Of a stretch of 64,000 nt of DNA, positions 25,301-38,281 are shown in pieces; positions within the stretch are counted from its first letter, which is position 1, and each line of letters begins with the position of its first letter. The DNA comes from a virus. Taxonomy: Duplodnaviria; Heunggongvirae; Uroviricota; Caudoviricetes. A program made the position numbers and the translations under genes. The DNA lies in IMG/VR virus record IMGVR_UViG_3300028805_000073. One strand, written 5' to 3'. Under the pieces are notes generated by a model that ran no database searches, was not told the DNA's origin, and worked only from the letters and a program-made list of their open reading frames with translations.

Positions 25301-27983
25301 TTAATCCTGATAATTTCTCCATATTTTTAATATGAATCTATCTAGCCATTCTAGTTATATCTCTTCTTAATGGCTTAGAGTCTTTATATTTATTTTTCCA
25401 ATCATCATATTCTTTGGCAGATAATTCATCAATAGCTTTCCCAGTTTGTTCTTCAATCCATCTATCTGGATCTGTTGGAACATATTCTCCAGAAATTTTA
25501 GAAGTCATTTCAAAAAGAGCATCAAGGATAAATTCATCAGACATAGTTCCATCTTTAAACTTATCCAATTCCTCTTTGATACCTTTAATTTCCTCTTTTA
25601 GTTTTTTCTCTTTTTCAGAAGAATCTTCTCCTTCTTCTCTTTTCTATTTATCAGTTTTACCATTCTAGATACTCTTTAAATCAAAAGATTTCTATACTAA
25701 TTGAGAACTTAATTCATTATATCTATTTAGGTACCACTCTATAGAATTTGATTTTTCAGAAGCTAATGTAGCTAACATTCCATATTTTAAATCATCACGG
25801 AATCCTTCAATCATAGAATCTCTGGTAAGATCAGCACCATTAACCTTTAGTATATCTTTAATATCTGTAACTAATCTTTCAAAATTCTATTTAATAGCAT
25901 AGTCCTAACTTTTAGTAACATCATCTGTTTGATTTCCTTGTTCATCAAGATATTTGTTACCAAAATTCATTTTATACATAGTACTTAATAATTCTTTATC
26001 TTTTCCCTATTGTATAATATCAACTAACTCTTTAGTAGCAGCTTCCTATGACATTGTTCTATCAAATCTAGCTGATCTGTAAGCTGGTAAATATCCTGCT
26101 ATTCCTCCACCTACAGCTCCACCTACGAAAGATAAAGCATATCTGTCAAAAATATTTTCAAAATTATCATCAAACTTTGCTCCACTACCTAAAGATGTAG
26201 CTACATTGAAGAATGTTTTAGCAACATCCTATAAAAGTTCTTCAGAGGTTTCTTCTAATGCTTCAGACGCCATATTAGATATTGTGGAACCTAAAGTCTC
26301 ACTTCCAACACCTTCTCCTAAACTATTATTGTATGCTTTTTTACCTAAGTCAAATAGTTTCTAGTACCATTTTAGTTTTCCTAATTCAGTCTTAGTATCA
26401 GAATTAGACGTTACTTCTTTAACTTTAGGCATAGCTTTATTTATAACATTTCTTATATGTCTTTCCTCAGATTTTAATTCTGGAAGAATCCATTTTCCAA
26501 GTTCTGAGTTTAATAGTTTCCATTCACCTAAAGTATATCCTAAAGAGAACAAAGCAGCTTCAACATCTGTTGCTCCTGCTTCTTTAGCTTCACCATAAGA
26601 ACTAGCAGTAGTAATACCTGTCATATAAGCCATAGACAATTTACTACCTAATTCATTTGCTCCTTTTAGTTTATCCTATAATACTTTTTGAGCTTTACTA
26701 AAATTAATGGATTTTTGAGTTACTATTGCTGCTTCTGGAGTAACTCCTTTAGAAATTCCTTCAATAATTTCATCAATACTTCCAGCCTTATTAGAATTTT
26801 TGGCAATATAATCCTCAATCCATTTGTTTTGAGCCTCCTTACTAGAAATAATTTCCTTATTTAATCCAGAAAATAATGATGCTGACTTCTCAAACATCCA
26901 TCTCTATTCAGCTAACTATGTAAATACATCCGCTATTAATTTAAATCCTGTTTCAGCAGACCATAAATGTGCATCCTATAATACATTACCATTACTATCT
27001 TGAGAACCCTGTGTATAATCTGACTATGAAAAACTTAAAGCTTTGTCCCAAGCTTCTAGTCTATTAAAAATAGGTTCCCCAATATCTGTTCCTATAAAAG
27101 ATTCCAAAGTTTTACCTACAGATGGAAGGATTTGAGACATTCCTAAAGCAACTCTTGCTCCAATATACCATTCTCCAACACCAGGAATAAATGCTGGAAT
27201 TATTTGAGCAGCAGCTCTCATTAAAGAACCTCCGGTAGATTTTTCTATATCGTCTGAATCTAGAAAATCTAATCCATTCCAGAAGGAACCATCAGTAGTT
27301 AAAGTATCGAATCCAGAAAGAACTTCTTTACCATAAACATCTCTTCCATTAAGATCCTCGTAATAATAAGTACCATTATTATTTAATTTTCTTTCTCCTT
27401 TTTTATGTTCTATTTCTTCTCCAGTAATAGGATCTTTATGTACTCCATCTTCATCCCATGTAGCTAATACTTTTGGATTTAAGAAATTATCAAAAGGAGT
27501 TTCGTTTGGTGCTTCTTCCCAAGTATTTGTATCTGGATTCCATACTTTCTAAGTCTGAGCAATTTCTCTTATAGATTGTGTTGGATTTTCTTTTAATCTA
27601 AAATCAATAAATCCACTTTGTTGTCTTAAAGGATTAGATACTTTTTGAATATTATATTGTGGAGACCTATCTCTTAAATATTCTGGCATAGAAATATCAT
27701 TTCTATACGCCTTCCATGTTTTACCTAAATCATCTGTTTCTTTTATTTTGGCTAAGTTTATAAATCCATTTTTTGCATAATTATAAAAATTATCAAACTT
27801 AGCCTAATCAAAAGTTCCATTTGTTTTAAATACATCTAAATTTTGAATGTAATTTGAATTACGATAAATATCTTTATCCTATATAGATGTATTGTCTACT
27901 GATAACCCAACCTAGTTAAAATCATCAGCACTGAAGGTTGGATTACTTAGTAGACTTAAAAAATAGTCATTCTATTTTTCCAT
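19347..27983 (-). CDS. Giant virion/ejected protein G4 (2878 aa) with an internal SF1 (Pif1/RecD/Dda-like) helicase core
   Basis: Frame 2 runs across pieces 19347..19712 through 27024..27221. The helicase motifs lie at ~22440-23560: Walker A EGLPGSGKS, motif II LIIIDEATSLS, motif III VYAGDFD[TAG]LGASG, motif VI LYTAISRAK. ATG 27983-27981. Stop TAA 19347-19349. Confidence 0.6.
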
Positions 27984-27984
27984 T

Positions 27985-30900
27985 TTAGTTATTTATAATT
28001 TGTGATAAAGTAACATCTTGAGGTTTATAATTAAGAGATTTAGGAGCATACTACATTAGTTGTACTGTAGAAGCATTATCTGGAAGATTTTGTTTCATAG
28101 GACGTCCAGAACTTACAGCAGCAAAAGCAACATCTTCATCATAAGGAATAAATATAGTTCCTTTATAAAGTTCGTCTTTTCCCCATCCTGTAAGCCACAT
28201 TCCGTTTCCTAAACTATAATTTTTATTACTCTTCTTCATTGCTTCTTCATATAAATCTCTTTCTACATCACCTGCTAACTAAACTTCATCAGATAAAACA
28301 GCTTCTTTATTCTAAAGGGCTTGTTCATCTAAAGTAGCCTAAATAGCAGCAAATCTCATATATTTTTGAGTATTAAGTTCTCCGTTTTGATTATATTTTG
28401 GAGGTAATCCAACACTCTAATAAACTTCGTTTATTTTATCAGGATCAGTTATATTTTGTTGTGATATAATTTCATCAGCCTTTTCAATCAACTTACATTT
28501 CTAAAAATCTGGAACAGTATTTCCATTTAAATCTACTTTATATGGTAAATCTACTCCCATAATTTCAGAGTTATTTAATATAATATGACTATAAGCTCCA
28601 GGATTTAATCGTGAACCACCAAATGTTGCTTGTCCTAATTTTAAGAAACTAAACTGTGATTTACTAACATCTTGAAGAGTTGATCCCTATCCAAGATTTT
28701 CTTGAGAGTGATTCTAAATAGTTCCTCTTATTCCTAAGGCCCTAATAGCTACAGATGTTCCTGTATTAAAGTCTACAATTTCTCTAGGACCTTGTCCAAG
28801 TACAAATGCTAATCCCGCAGAGTTATCTGCTCCTCCTCCTTTTGAACTAGAACTTCCATTGGTATCACTACTAGCTTTTCCAGTTAAAGGAGAAATAGAT
28901 TCCTAATAGGAACTATTAGTTTGAGAAACTAACATGTTTCCAATCATTTTAATACTATTATTTTCATTACCAAAATGTAATTTCATTATAGTTTTATAAT
29001 TATTAGGTAACATTCCATATATATATTTTAATGCTGCTTGTATATTATTCTATGAGTCTTTAGTCTATTGAGTAATTTTATAATATCCATCAGGAGTTCC
29101 ATCAAATCCAGCAAGTATTTGTAATCCGTTTTTAATTTTATTAGATTCAACTTGCGAAATTCCTTCTATTTTTTGCTCCGATGAACCGAGTGTTGAAGCA
29201 AGATTTTTAATTTGAGCTGCAATCTTATTCATTCCAACACCTCTATTTACTACATCAAATATTTCATCATTAAATGCCAAATTTGGAGAATGTGCTCTTG
29301 CAGTAAGTAACTAACCATTAGTTAATGGATTTAGTTTTCCTCCAGATTTCTAAATGTCAGAGATTGTTCCTTTTTTAATTTTTCCAGTTTCTTGATCCTA
29401 TAAGAACAAACTATTATCAGAAGCAACAGCAATTTCATCCATAGCATCATTAGATACGGCTTGATTATATGCTTTATCATAAGCATCTTTACTATACTTA
29501 AGATATGTTAATTTCTACATTGAACTAAGATACATTGATGCTAAATCATCAGTTGTTAATTCCTCTCCTAAAGCTTTAGCTTTAAATATAGTATTTGATA
29601 TGTCTTTATATATTAAGGAAGTATCAATGGGTAATGCTGAAGCTGAAACAGATTTAAATAACTCTTTAATTAAATCAAGTTTATCTTTTTCAGCTTCACT
29701 TTTTTTATCAGAAGAAGATTTACTACTACTTGAAGAAGTTGATGTCTGAGTACTTACTGTTGATTCTCCACCACCCAATCCTAATGGACGGTATATATAA
29801 AAAGGGGCAACACCTCCCAGCTACATCTTTTTTGCTTTAGGACGTGGAGTTAGCTTTACAGTTTTAGGTAATGTTCTTACTCTAGAATCATCTGTCATTT
29901 TAGTTATTCTTCTAAAATGATCGACTATATCCTTAGATACTTTATAGAGAAATTTATCACTTTTATCTTTATATTCTAATTTTGTTCCAGATTTAGCAAT
30001 GTAAAGTCCTTGCTCATTCCAATTCTTCTTTTTCTAAAGCATATAGTTTTGATATTTTTTATTAGCATCTTCAAATGCTTTCTTTAATGTTGGATTATTT
30101 TTATCGTTACTATAGGCTTCTAGAGCTTTGTCTCTGTCGCTCTATAAATCTTGTAAAATAGTATCATTTAATAAATCTTGCTACATTGTAATTTGAGCAA
30201 GTTGTCTATCATATAGTTTTCTTTCATTATTTTTCTATAACAGTTTACTCTGTGCTCCAAGTAAATACTAATCAGTATTTGTCCAATCAGCTAATAATTT
30301 CTATGCTTTTAACTATTGCTTAGCAGCATTAGCTTTGTTTATTTCTAATAAATTATTATTAGCTACAGTTGTATCCCTTTCTCTATTAGCATCAGCATGC
30401 TAGGAAGCTAATTCAGAAGTTTCTCTAATTCTCTAATTATCAGCTAAATCTCCTTGTGCTCTTAATTCATCACCAACACGTTTATGCTCCATCATATAAG
30501 CTACTTGTCTATCAGCATCTGATGTAAATGGTTGAGCAGCTTTTGTCTAACCTTGAGCAGCTCTTCTATAATATGTTTGTTTAGTAGCTTCATCACCAAC
30601 TACCTATCTATATGTATGATAACTCTATTGAAGACTTGGACGGATTCCTTTTAACATTTCATCAAATACTCTATTATTTGTATGTAATGTTCCAATTAAT
30701 CGTGCTGCATCAAGTGCATCAGGAGCAATATTTCTAAATCCAGCTATTAATTTTTCTCTAAAAGCATTTCTTTTAGCTTCTTCATCAGCTCTTTCCTAAG
30801 CTGCAATTTCATTTTCTCTTTTGGCTAAATTAAATTTTGAAACCACATCATTATTTGGTTTCATCATATAATCATGTAAAGGAGGATTATTAGGAGTTTT

Positions 30901-31521
30901 TCCAGTAACAACTGTATCTGGAAGTAACCTTTCTAGATAATAATATCCATCATCTTTTAAAGCCATTTTCCATCCTGAATCCTTCAATTCAGAATTAAAT
31001 TGGTTAAGACTCTATTCATCCCAGTCTCCTTTTCTACCCAATAATCTTCTATCATCGGTTATTGCTGAATATAAATTATCAACTAAAAACTTCTTTCCAG
31101 AGTTATCTCCAGAATATCTTGTTGGAGGGCTATCAATTCTATATCTTGTATTAAAGTTTGGAGATATACCCTGATTAAAATCATAAGTATCATTAAAATC
31201 ATACTATTTAATAGTACCATCATTATTTAATCCTCCTTTATATCTTAATTGATAATCGCCAACTGCATTATCTTCATAAGCTTGATTTTGCCAAGTGTTA
31301 GATTTTCCACCTGCTCTATGATAAATATCAGAATGAGCCGATTGCATATTATTAAGCCAATTACCATATTCATCACTAAGAGTTCCTCTTTTTTTAAGTT
31401 CTTCTAAAATATGTTGTCTGTAATTAGCAAAAACCTAATTCAACCAATCGGCTCCTGTACCATTGGAAAATCTAACACCACTTTTAGCTTTAATTATATA
31501 TTGTTTAGGTCTTATATTCAT
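27985..31521 (-). CDS. Large virion protein G5 (1178 aa), Ser/Gly-rich tracts
   Basis: Frame 0 across pieces 28051..28239, 29065..29280, 29515..29778 and 30796..30987. ATG 31521-31519 overlaps the G6 TGA (ATGA). Stop TAA 27985-27987. Confidence 0.5.
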
Positions 31522-34217
31522 ATATTATTATTTTTAATAAAATCTTTAATTATCGTATCTATTGAAGGATTAATTTGTCCTCCTTGTTTTAAATATCCTT
31601 CTTGCTTTAATTTTCTAATTAAATCAAATTTTATTCTAGAACGATTTTCTTTTGGAACTTGAGAATCTATTTTTTTCATTACGTCTTTTCTAAGAACTTC
31701 TAAAGTTTTACTTTTTATGTCAGCTTTAGTTCCAGTTACATTAACCCTAGTTCCTCCAAAATCAATTTGTAAAGTATGTGTTCCATCAGAATTTCTTATT
31801 CCATATAAATCTCCAAATCCTTTTATACTTCCGACAACTCTACTTTCATCTTTAAATTCATTTGTACTAAAATTTTTACCTCTTAAAGTAGATTGTAATT
31901 CTTTTGAATCTTTCTTAGATAATACAGAAGGTTTTGGTTTAGCATTAGATCCAGTAGATGTTGAAGTAGTATGTAATGTAGAAGAAGTATTTGAAGAAGA
32001 TTGATTCTACTATTTAGTTCCTTTAAATGGTCTATTAGGAACAGGATTCCATGTTTGTTTAATTCTGTCTACAATGTTTATATTTGGTGTAGATACTCTA
32101 GCAGCACTCTAATATATATCATAATCAGTAGGTAAATATTTTAAAAGTGGATGTTTAGCTTTATCTCTAATATTTTTTATAGCTAAAGCTCTAGAATATC
32201 TCTATACTTCTGGAGATTGTCCGATGTTTTTAGTAGATGATTCTAATTTAATTTTATTAGTAGGATCTATTTTACCTTTTACTCCAGTTTTAAAATTAAC
32301 ATTAACTTCATCATCAGCTTTAGCTCCAGGAAGTTTTCTTAATTCTTCATTAGCTTTATTATTTCCGCCTTTTCTTCCTGCTTTATTTATAGTATCAACC
32401 TATTCCTAAGTTGCTTTAATTTTTCTTCCAGACTTTGTAGTAATAAAAGTTTCTGTTTCTGTATTTTGAGTAACTGTAGGTTTATATTTTCTATTATTAA
32501 CAATTCCTTTAGTTCCTCTAGATAAACCTGCAGCAATACTTAAACCATAAGCAATATTCTTCCAATCGGTGTTTGTTAACTCTTTAGGATTGCTAATAGC
32601 TTTCTATAAGGCATTATAGGATTCTGGTAAATCTTTAATAGCCTATAAAGTTAATAATCGTGGAGCCCATTTAGCAATATTTGTTATCCATTTTCCTGTT
32701 TTAGATGTTAATCCTAATCCAGGAACCATACCAACAGCAGCTAAACCAAGATTAACTCCAGCATTTTTAGCTACATCCAATTTGCTCATGGATTCATCAT
32801 TTATATCTGCTACCATATTAGTTCCTAATGAGGTTAAACCTAAAATTCCTGAAGCAGCCATACCATAAGGTCCTCCCCAAGCAGCAATACCTCCAGCTAT
32901 ATCCTAGGCCATTGCTCCCATTCTAAGATAATCTTCAGTTTCAAAACCTTCACTTAATTTTCTATTAGCAGCTTTCAATTTATTATCTTGTTCCTTTTTA
33001 GCTAAAGCTTCAGGACTATTCTAATCTAAAATACTCTATAATGTAATTCCATTAGAGTTTAATTCTCTCTAAGGCTGTACTATTCTTCTAGCTATTGAAT
33101 CATAATAAATTCCATCTAATCCGTTTATTTTTTTAAGTCTAGATGGATTATTAGCATATCTAGGCATCCACTATAGTTCTTCTTTAGAAAGATTCTACAA
33201 TCCTCCAGATTTTTCAGCTTGTCTAAATGCCCAAGATATTCTAGATATATCATTTCCATCAAGCTACTAATTATTAGCTAATTTTAATGCAATATTATTA
33301 AAGTCTTCCTAGTTAGATGGAGTTCCATTTAAATAATTATAGTATCTATAGTTCTTATATTGGTTTGCATAATTTGCCTCTCTTAAAGCTGCAGCTTGTT
33401 TTGCTTTATCCTCAGCCTATTGTTTCTAAAGCTAATTCCACTAACTATATGTATATGGATTTCCAGTCTGTGGATTTATATTATTAGTGTATTCGTTACC
33501 TCCATTACTAAAGAAATTTCTATAGTTTAAACCTAAAGCACTAAATGCTGGTAAATCATCAGACTCTTCATCTGTACCAAGAGCATCAATAGCTTTCTAT
33601 AATTTTGTTAAAGCATCGTTTTTATCTTTAAATGATGTTCCTTCAAAATTATAGTCTTTTCTTTCTAAATCCTATTTGTAAAGTTTAAGCTATTCAGCCA
33701 TTACTCTTCTACGTTCTTTAGTACCTCTAAGTCCATCATTACCTCTAGCATCAAGAGAATTCCAACCTTGTTCTGAATCTGAAAAAATACTAGAATCTCC
33801 ACCATAAAGATTTAGAAGTTGTTTCCCAAAACTAGTTTTAAAGTCAAAAGGTTCTAATTCTTTTTTAACTTCTTCTTCTTTTTTTCGAGGAGTCATTTGA
33901 GACATTTTATTCTATATGTACCAGGCAGCATCAGCATAAATCTCTTTATCAATATTTGACATTGAATCTGTATCAATTCTATCTCCGTTATATTTAATTT
34001 TCCACTATCCACTTTCACTTGATGCTCCAGTAATACCATGATTTATAATATCCTAATATGCAGTCATCCATTTATCACGATATTTAGGATTTCGTAACCA
34101 TCGTTTACTATTTAGATATGTAGGTAAATCGTTAGCCAGTCCTGTCATTAAGTCCTACTAAGAGATTTCGTCTTGACCATATAATAAATATTTTTCTTCC
34201 TAATTTATATCAGCCAT
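31518..34217 (-). CDS. Virion protein G6 (899 aa) with Gly-rich hydrophobic segments, tape-measure- or ejection-protein-like
   Basis: ATG 34217-34215 was hand-translated through piece 33690..33905 (MADIN[Q]EEKYLLYGQDEIS[Q][Q]DLM...). Piece 32643..32861 has GILGLTSLG...GLAAVGMVPGLGL. Stop TGA 31518-31520. Confidence 0.5.
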
Positions 34218-34242
34218 AATCAATTAATTTAAATAATAAAAG

Positions 34243-34275
34243 GGTGACACGGCTATCGTGTCCGCATCACCCTTT
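34243..34275 (-). terminator. Imperfect hairpin followed by a U-rich tract between the small ORF and G6
   Basis: GGGTGA-CACG-gctat-CGTG-tccgca-TCACCC, then CTTTTATTATTT on the - strand. Confidence 0.35.
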
Positions 34276-34283
34276 AGTTTCAA

Positions 34284-34613
34284 TTACTTTTGAATCCATC
34301 TGGAAAGCTTACCACCTTTTTTAAATACTGGTTGCTGTCCTTCAGGAGCGGCAGGACCTTCAGGGGCTCCTCCACCTAACATCTAAACTAATGCCTATAA
34401 AACTTGCATAGCTAAATTACAATCTTGATTTTGTAAAGCAGCCATAGCAGCTTCTAATATCTAAGCAGTAGGATCTCCTCCTTCTGGAGCACCTTCTGCA
34501 GGTGCACCTCCTTCTGGAGCTGCTTCTGATGTTTCTGGGCCTTGAACTGGTCCCCCTTCTTGTAACTTACGAATCATTTCAGTAAGTTTTTTGTCGTTTG
34601 ATTTAATGTTCAT
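34284..34613 (-). CDS. Small Pro/Ala/Glu/Gly-rich protein (109 aa, 3 in-frame TAGs)
   Basis: Hand translation MNIKSNDKKLTEMIRKLQEGGPVQGPETSEAAPEGGAPAEGAPEGG... Its start overlaps the stop of the upstream endonuclease gene. Confidence 0.4.
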
Positions 34614-35559
34614 AATTACTAATAATATTATTAATGTTAATTATAAGATTATCAAAATCTTGTTTTGAATAATCATATTTTAATTCAAATAATATACAGT
34701 TATTTTCCTTACATTTATTTCGTTTTATATTATCTTTTATCTAAGTATCTTGAAATTTTATTGTTCCTCCAAAATGCTCTATAGGAATATAATGTTGTTC
34801 ACCATTATATTCTATTGCTATATTATATTTAGGAAAATAAATATCAATTCTCTAATTTTCTATCCAAGGAATTATCTTTTTAGTTACTTCAAATAAAATT
34901 TCTTCATGTGGAAAATATTTCTGTAATTCTTCATAAAGTTTTGTCTAAGACTTTAACTAGCATTTTGGACATCCTCTTCCTTTTAAATGGTTATTTGGTG
35001 TCTATATAAATTCTCCATGTTTTTTACATATTATAGTAATAGGAGTTCTACTATTTTCATATATAACTTTAGAATAATCATATTTATTATTATGTAATTT
35101 AGAAGCCTTTACTATAAAATCTTGTAAACTATCTTTTTGTTTTTCTTTATTATTTTCTCTACTACACTATAAACAACCATAACCACTAAGATGATCATGA
35201 GGAGACTACATAAATTCTCCATGCTTAGGACATATTATAATTATCTTTTCTTTATTATTTTTACCATAAATAGATTTGGAATAATCATACTTAAAATTAT
35301 GTACTCTATTAGCTTTTTCTATAAAAGAGGTTATATCTCCTTTTTGACTTTCAGCTAACTGTTCAGTTTTGCATTTTAAACAACCGTTACCTCTTAAATG
35401 ATTATTAGCTATCTACCAAAACTCTCCATGCTTAGGACAAATTATACATACTTTTTCAGAAGATTTTTTATAAATTACTTTACTATAATCATACTTATCT
35501 CCATGAATTTTCTTAGCATTCTAAATCCATTGTTCTGTTGTAATTTTCTTTCTACTCAT
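34603..35559 (-). CDS. Homing-endonuclease-like protein: three N-terminal zinc-ribbon repeats plus a C-terminal PD-(D/E)XK (DUF559/Vsr-like) nuclease domain (318 aa)
   Basis: Three ~68-aa repeats of the form KYDYSK.IY....ICPKHGEF.[TAG].P..HL.G.GC..C, then RIDIYFPKYNIAIEYNGEQHY. TAG occupies the same repeat position in all three copies. Confidence 0.6.
34880..35500 (-). repeat. Intragenic tandem DNA repeats (3 units of ~205 bp) encoding the zinc-ribbon modules
   Basis: Near-identical nucleotide blocks, for example CTCCATGCTTAGGACA..ATTAT at ~35210 and ~35425. Confidence 0.45.
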
Positions 35560-35730
35560 ATCATTTTTATGTATCGTTAAATTAAAAATTTAGGGGCAGA
35601 AGAACGATACTAAACTTCCATAGTCGGTTAATTACTCCGATTTAGCCCTTAATTTTTATAAATTGCTTAATAGGACAAATTTTAAATATCTTTTAGGTAA
35701 AAATATTATTTATTCTATTTTAGTCAAATT

Positions 35731-35973
35731 TTAATTAGATATATTAACATTCTTCTTAAAAATATCTGTAACATTATCCAATCCCATAAGTGAAGCACTT
35801 GTAACATAAACTAATTCTGCAAAATCAGGAATTTCTTTATTAAGTATAAATCCAGCTATTAATAGAATTAAACATACAGTCATACCGAGTGCCCCAAAAA
35901 TTCTTTTTGAGCTAAAACCTCCACTATGGGCCTAAAATGTTGTTCTCCAGCCAAATTTATCCCTAGTATTCAT
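35731..35973 (-). CDS. Holin-like small membrane protein (80 aa, 1 TM)
   Basis: Translation MNTRDKFGWRTTF[Q]AHSGGFSSKRIFGALGMTVCLILLIAGFILNKE... Its ATG overlaps the lysin TGA (ATGA). Confidence 0.45.
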
Positions 35974-36725
35974 TGTAATAAGCTTTTTCCAAATTTTAAT
36001 CGTCTGCTTATGGACTATGCCATTTCTCTTTGTGATGGTCTTTCAAAATGTTTCATAAAACTATTTACTGCTTCATCTAATGATCTTGTTTGTAATAGTC
36101 TATTATAAGCTGACTTTTCAGTAGTATTTAATTCTTCCCACACAAATTCTAACTATTGTTCAAAAGTAGGATTGTTTCCATATTTATTAAACAACTATTT
36201 TTTTCTTGAACCTAGCCATTGTGCTAGTCCATATGCTTTGCTATGTGGATTAACCGCTGTATGATTTAAATTAGATTCACCCAATAAATTAGCAACGATT
36301 CCAGCAGCCTAATAAGGAAGTAACCCTTTTGACTAGAAAAATTCCATAGCTCTTTTTTTATTTCCAGATAAACTTTGATTCATTGAATATGATTTATTAT
36401 TAAAATTTGGCTAGTCAATTGTCTAATCCTGAATTGGCTATACTATTACTGGTTCACTGTTAGGATTATAATGTGTTTCTGCCATTCTATCCATAAAACT
36501 ATTGTCAAAATCCTAAGCCTCAGGAATATTTGGTTTAAATATAAGATTTTGTTCTCCATTATCTGTAGAAGCAATTCTACTTACTCCATAATCAGAGAAA
36601 TTTATTGTATTTCCTAAAATATCCTCAACTTCTAAATTATTGTTATTATCTTGTGAGTCTTTACTAGCAGAAACAAATTTATAGAATAAATCTCCATTCT
36701 AAAATGGATTAGTATATTCAGTCAT
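35970..36725 (-). CDS. Peptidoglycan hydrolase with a phage-tail-lysozyme-like domain (probable endolysin, 251 aa, ~13 in-frame TAGs)
   Basis: Motif ...AAGIVANLLGESNLNHTAVNPHSKAYGLAQWLGSRKK[Q]LF... AAGGAGG Shine-Dalgarno upstream of the ATG. Stop TGA 35970-35972. Confidence 0.65.
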
Positions 36726-36726
36726 A

Positions 36727-37329
36727 TTATTCCTCCTTCTTTTCAGGGGCATCTACATATTCAGCAGGTCTATCATTCTAGCCTTTTAATACTTTAAACA
36801 TGTATTTACCTAATGCTTTATAATCCTTATCCTCTTTAGATACTTCAGCTTTAAGAGCTTTTTTAATTAAAACAACTGTTTCTCTTCTAGAAACAATACG
36901 CTCTCCACCTTTTAAAGCCATCTAAACAGTGGAATCAGGAGCAAGAACTTTCATCACATAATCTTCATCTTCATCTTCTAAATCTGCTTCATCACCAGGT
37001 TTTATACCTGAATCTGCATTTACTTCAAGAACATATGATGCAATTCCTTCAATTCTATCATCTTCTGGATTTCCTCTTTTAACATCTAATACTTTAAATT
37101 CATCATCCATAAATATCATATCTAAAGGAAATCCTACATTATGCATATGGAAAAATGTTTCAACTGGATTTGATTCATTTATCACAAATAACATTCCTTC
37201 ATCTTTAGGTAATGACTTAAAATACTATAATCCACGCTCTTTCTATTCCTAAGATTTAGCAATAAATATATCATATTCTTGTCCACCTAATTTTATTGTT
37301 CCTATATTTTTAGATTGTCTTGCTTCCAT
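36727..37329 (-). CDS. DUF192-family protein
   Basis: ...GMLFVINESNPVETFFHMHNVGFPLDMIFMDDEFKVLDV... matches the DUF192 signature (GMLF, FWM.N, PLD.IF.D). Piece 36922..37194 continues through TAG codons. Confidence 0.55.
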
Positions 37330-37480
37330 AATTATTAAGTTTTACTTTCAACATATTCAATTTCAGCATCATAAGGAAGAGGAGAAGATTGCTACCAAAT
37401 TAAATTACTACCAATATATAACACTTCTGCTTTTTGAGAACCTAACATTATATCAATAGCATTTTGTATATCTGTACTTA

Positions 37481-38281
37481 TCATAGTGAAGCAGAAGTTA
37501 TAACATAAATTGTATTAGGATCTGGAGTTAATAAATCATATTCAGCCTAAGTTCCTGACCAAATATTAGCTTTATTATTCCAATTATATTTTTCTCCTGT
37601 AGTTACTACTGAAAGAGTAGTTCCATTAGATACTGCAGACTAACTTGAAAAAGAAATTGATGGAACAAACGATACCCATTTCTAACCAGGAACATTGCTT
37701 ATATTACACAACTATCCGTTCCACATTGTATTCTACCAATAATATGGAGATTTATTAGCGCTACTAATAGTGAATCTTGCTATTTTATGACTATCAGAAG
37801 ATTCCATAATTTCAACTTTAAGTTCTCCGTCATATAATCCTACAGCACTATTTAAATCTGAATAATGTACTGTAGACATATATGTTTTACCTTTTACAGC
37901 ATCAGGATCAGCATCTATAGCATCAACAAGATTCTATAATGTATACTAATTTGTTGTAGGCCAAGTGCTTGGGAAAGGCTAATTAGATATTATAGTAACA
38001 TTCTATTCGTTAATTTGTAAATGTCCACTATCATCTACAGTAATATATCCAGAATCATTTGTTAAATCACTTGTATTAGTAGGAATTTCTGTTTTATCAG
38101 CTTTTTGTAAAAGTGTATTTAAAATACCAGTTGATGCGTCCTTATCAGTAAGAATAGTAATTAGACTCTATATTGAAGAAGAATCTAATCCCAACATATC
38201 TTTTATCTAATTCTATAATAAATCTATTCTTTTATTTAAATTGTATATTGCATGTCTAATTCCGACTAAAAATGGTATCAT
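37481..38281 (-). CDS. Hypothetical Gln/Asn/Thr-rich protein (266 aa, ~12 TAGs)
   Basis: Codon-by-codon hand translation. ATG 38281-38279 overlaps the upstream TGA (ATGA). The stop is TGA 37481-37483. There are no pieces of 60 aa or longer because the TAGs are so dense. Confidence 0.45.

Noticed and set aside
2541-34217. Interpretation of the fragmented giant ORFs as pseudogenes or frameshifted remnants
   Set aside because: The frame never shifts at the breaks. The break codon is always TAG and never TAA or TGA. Conserved motifs continue across the breaks.
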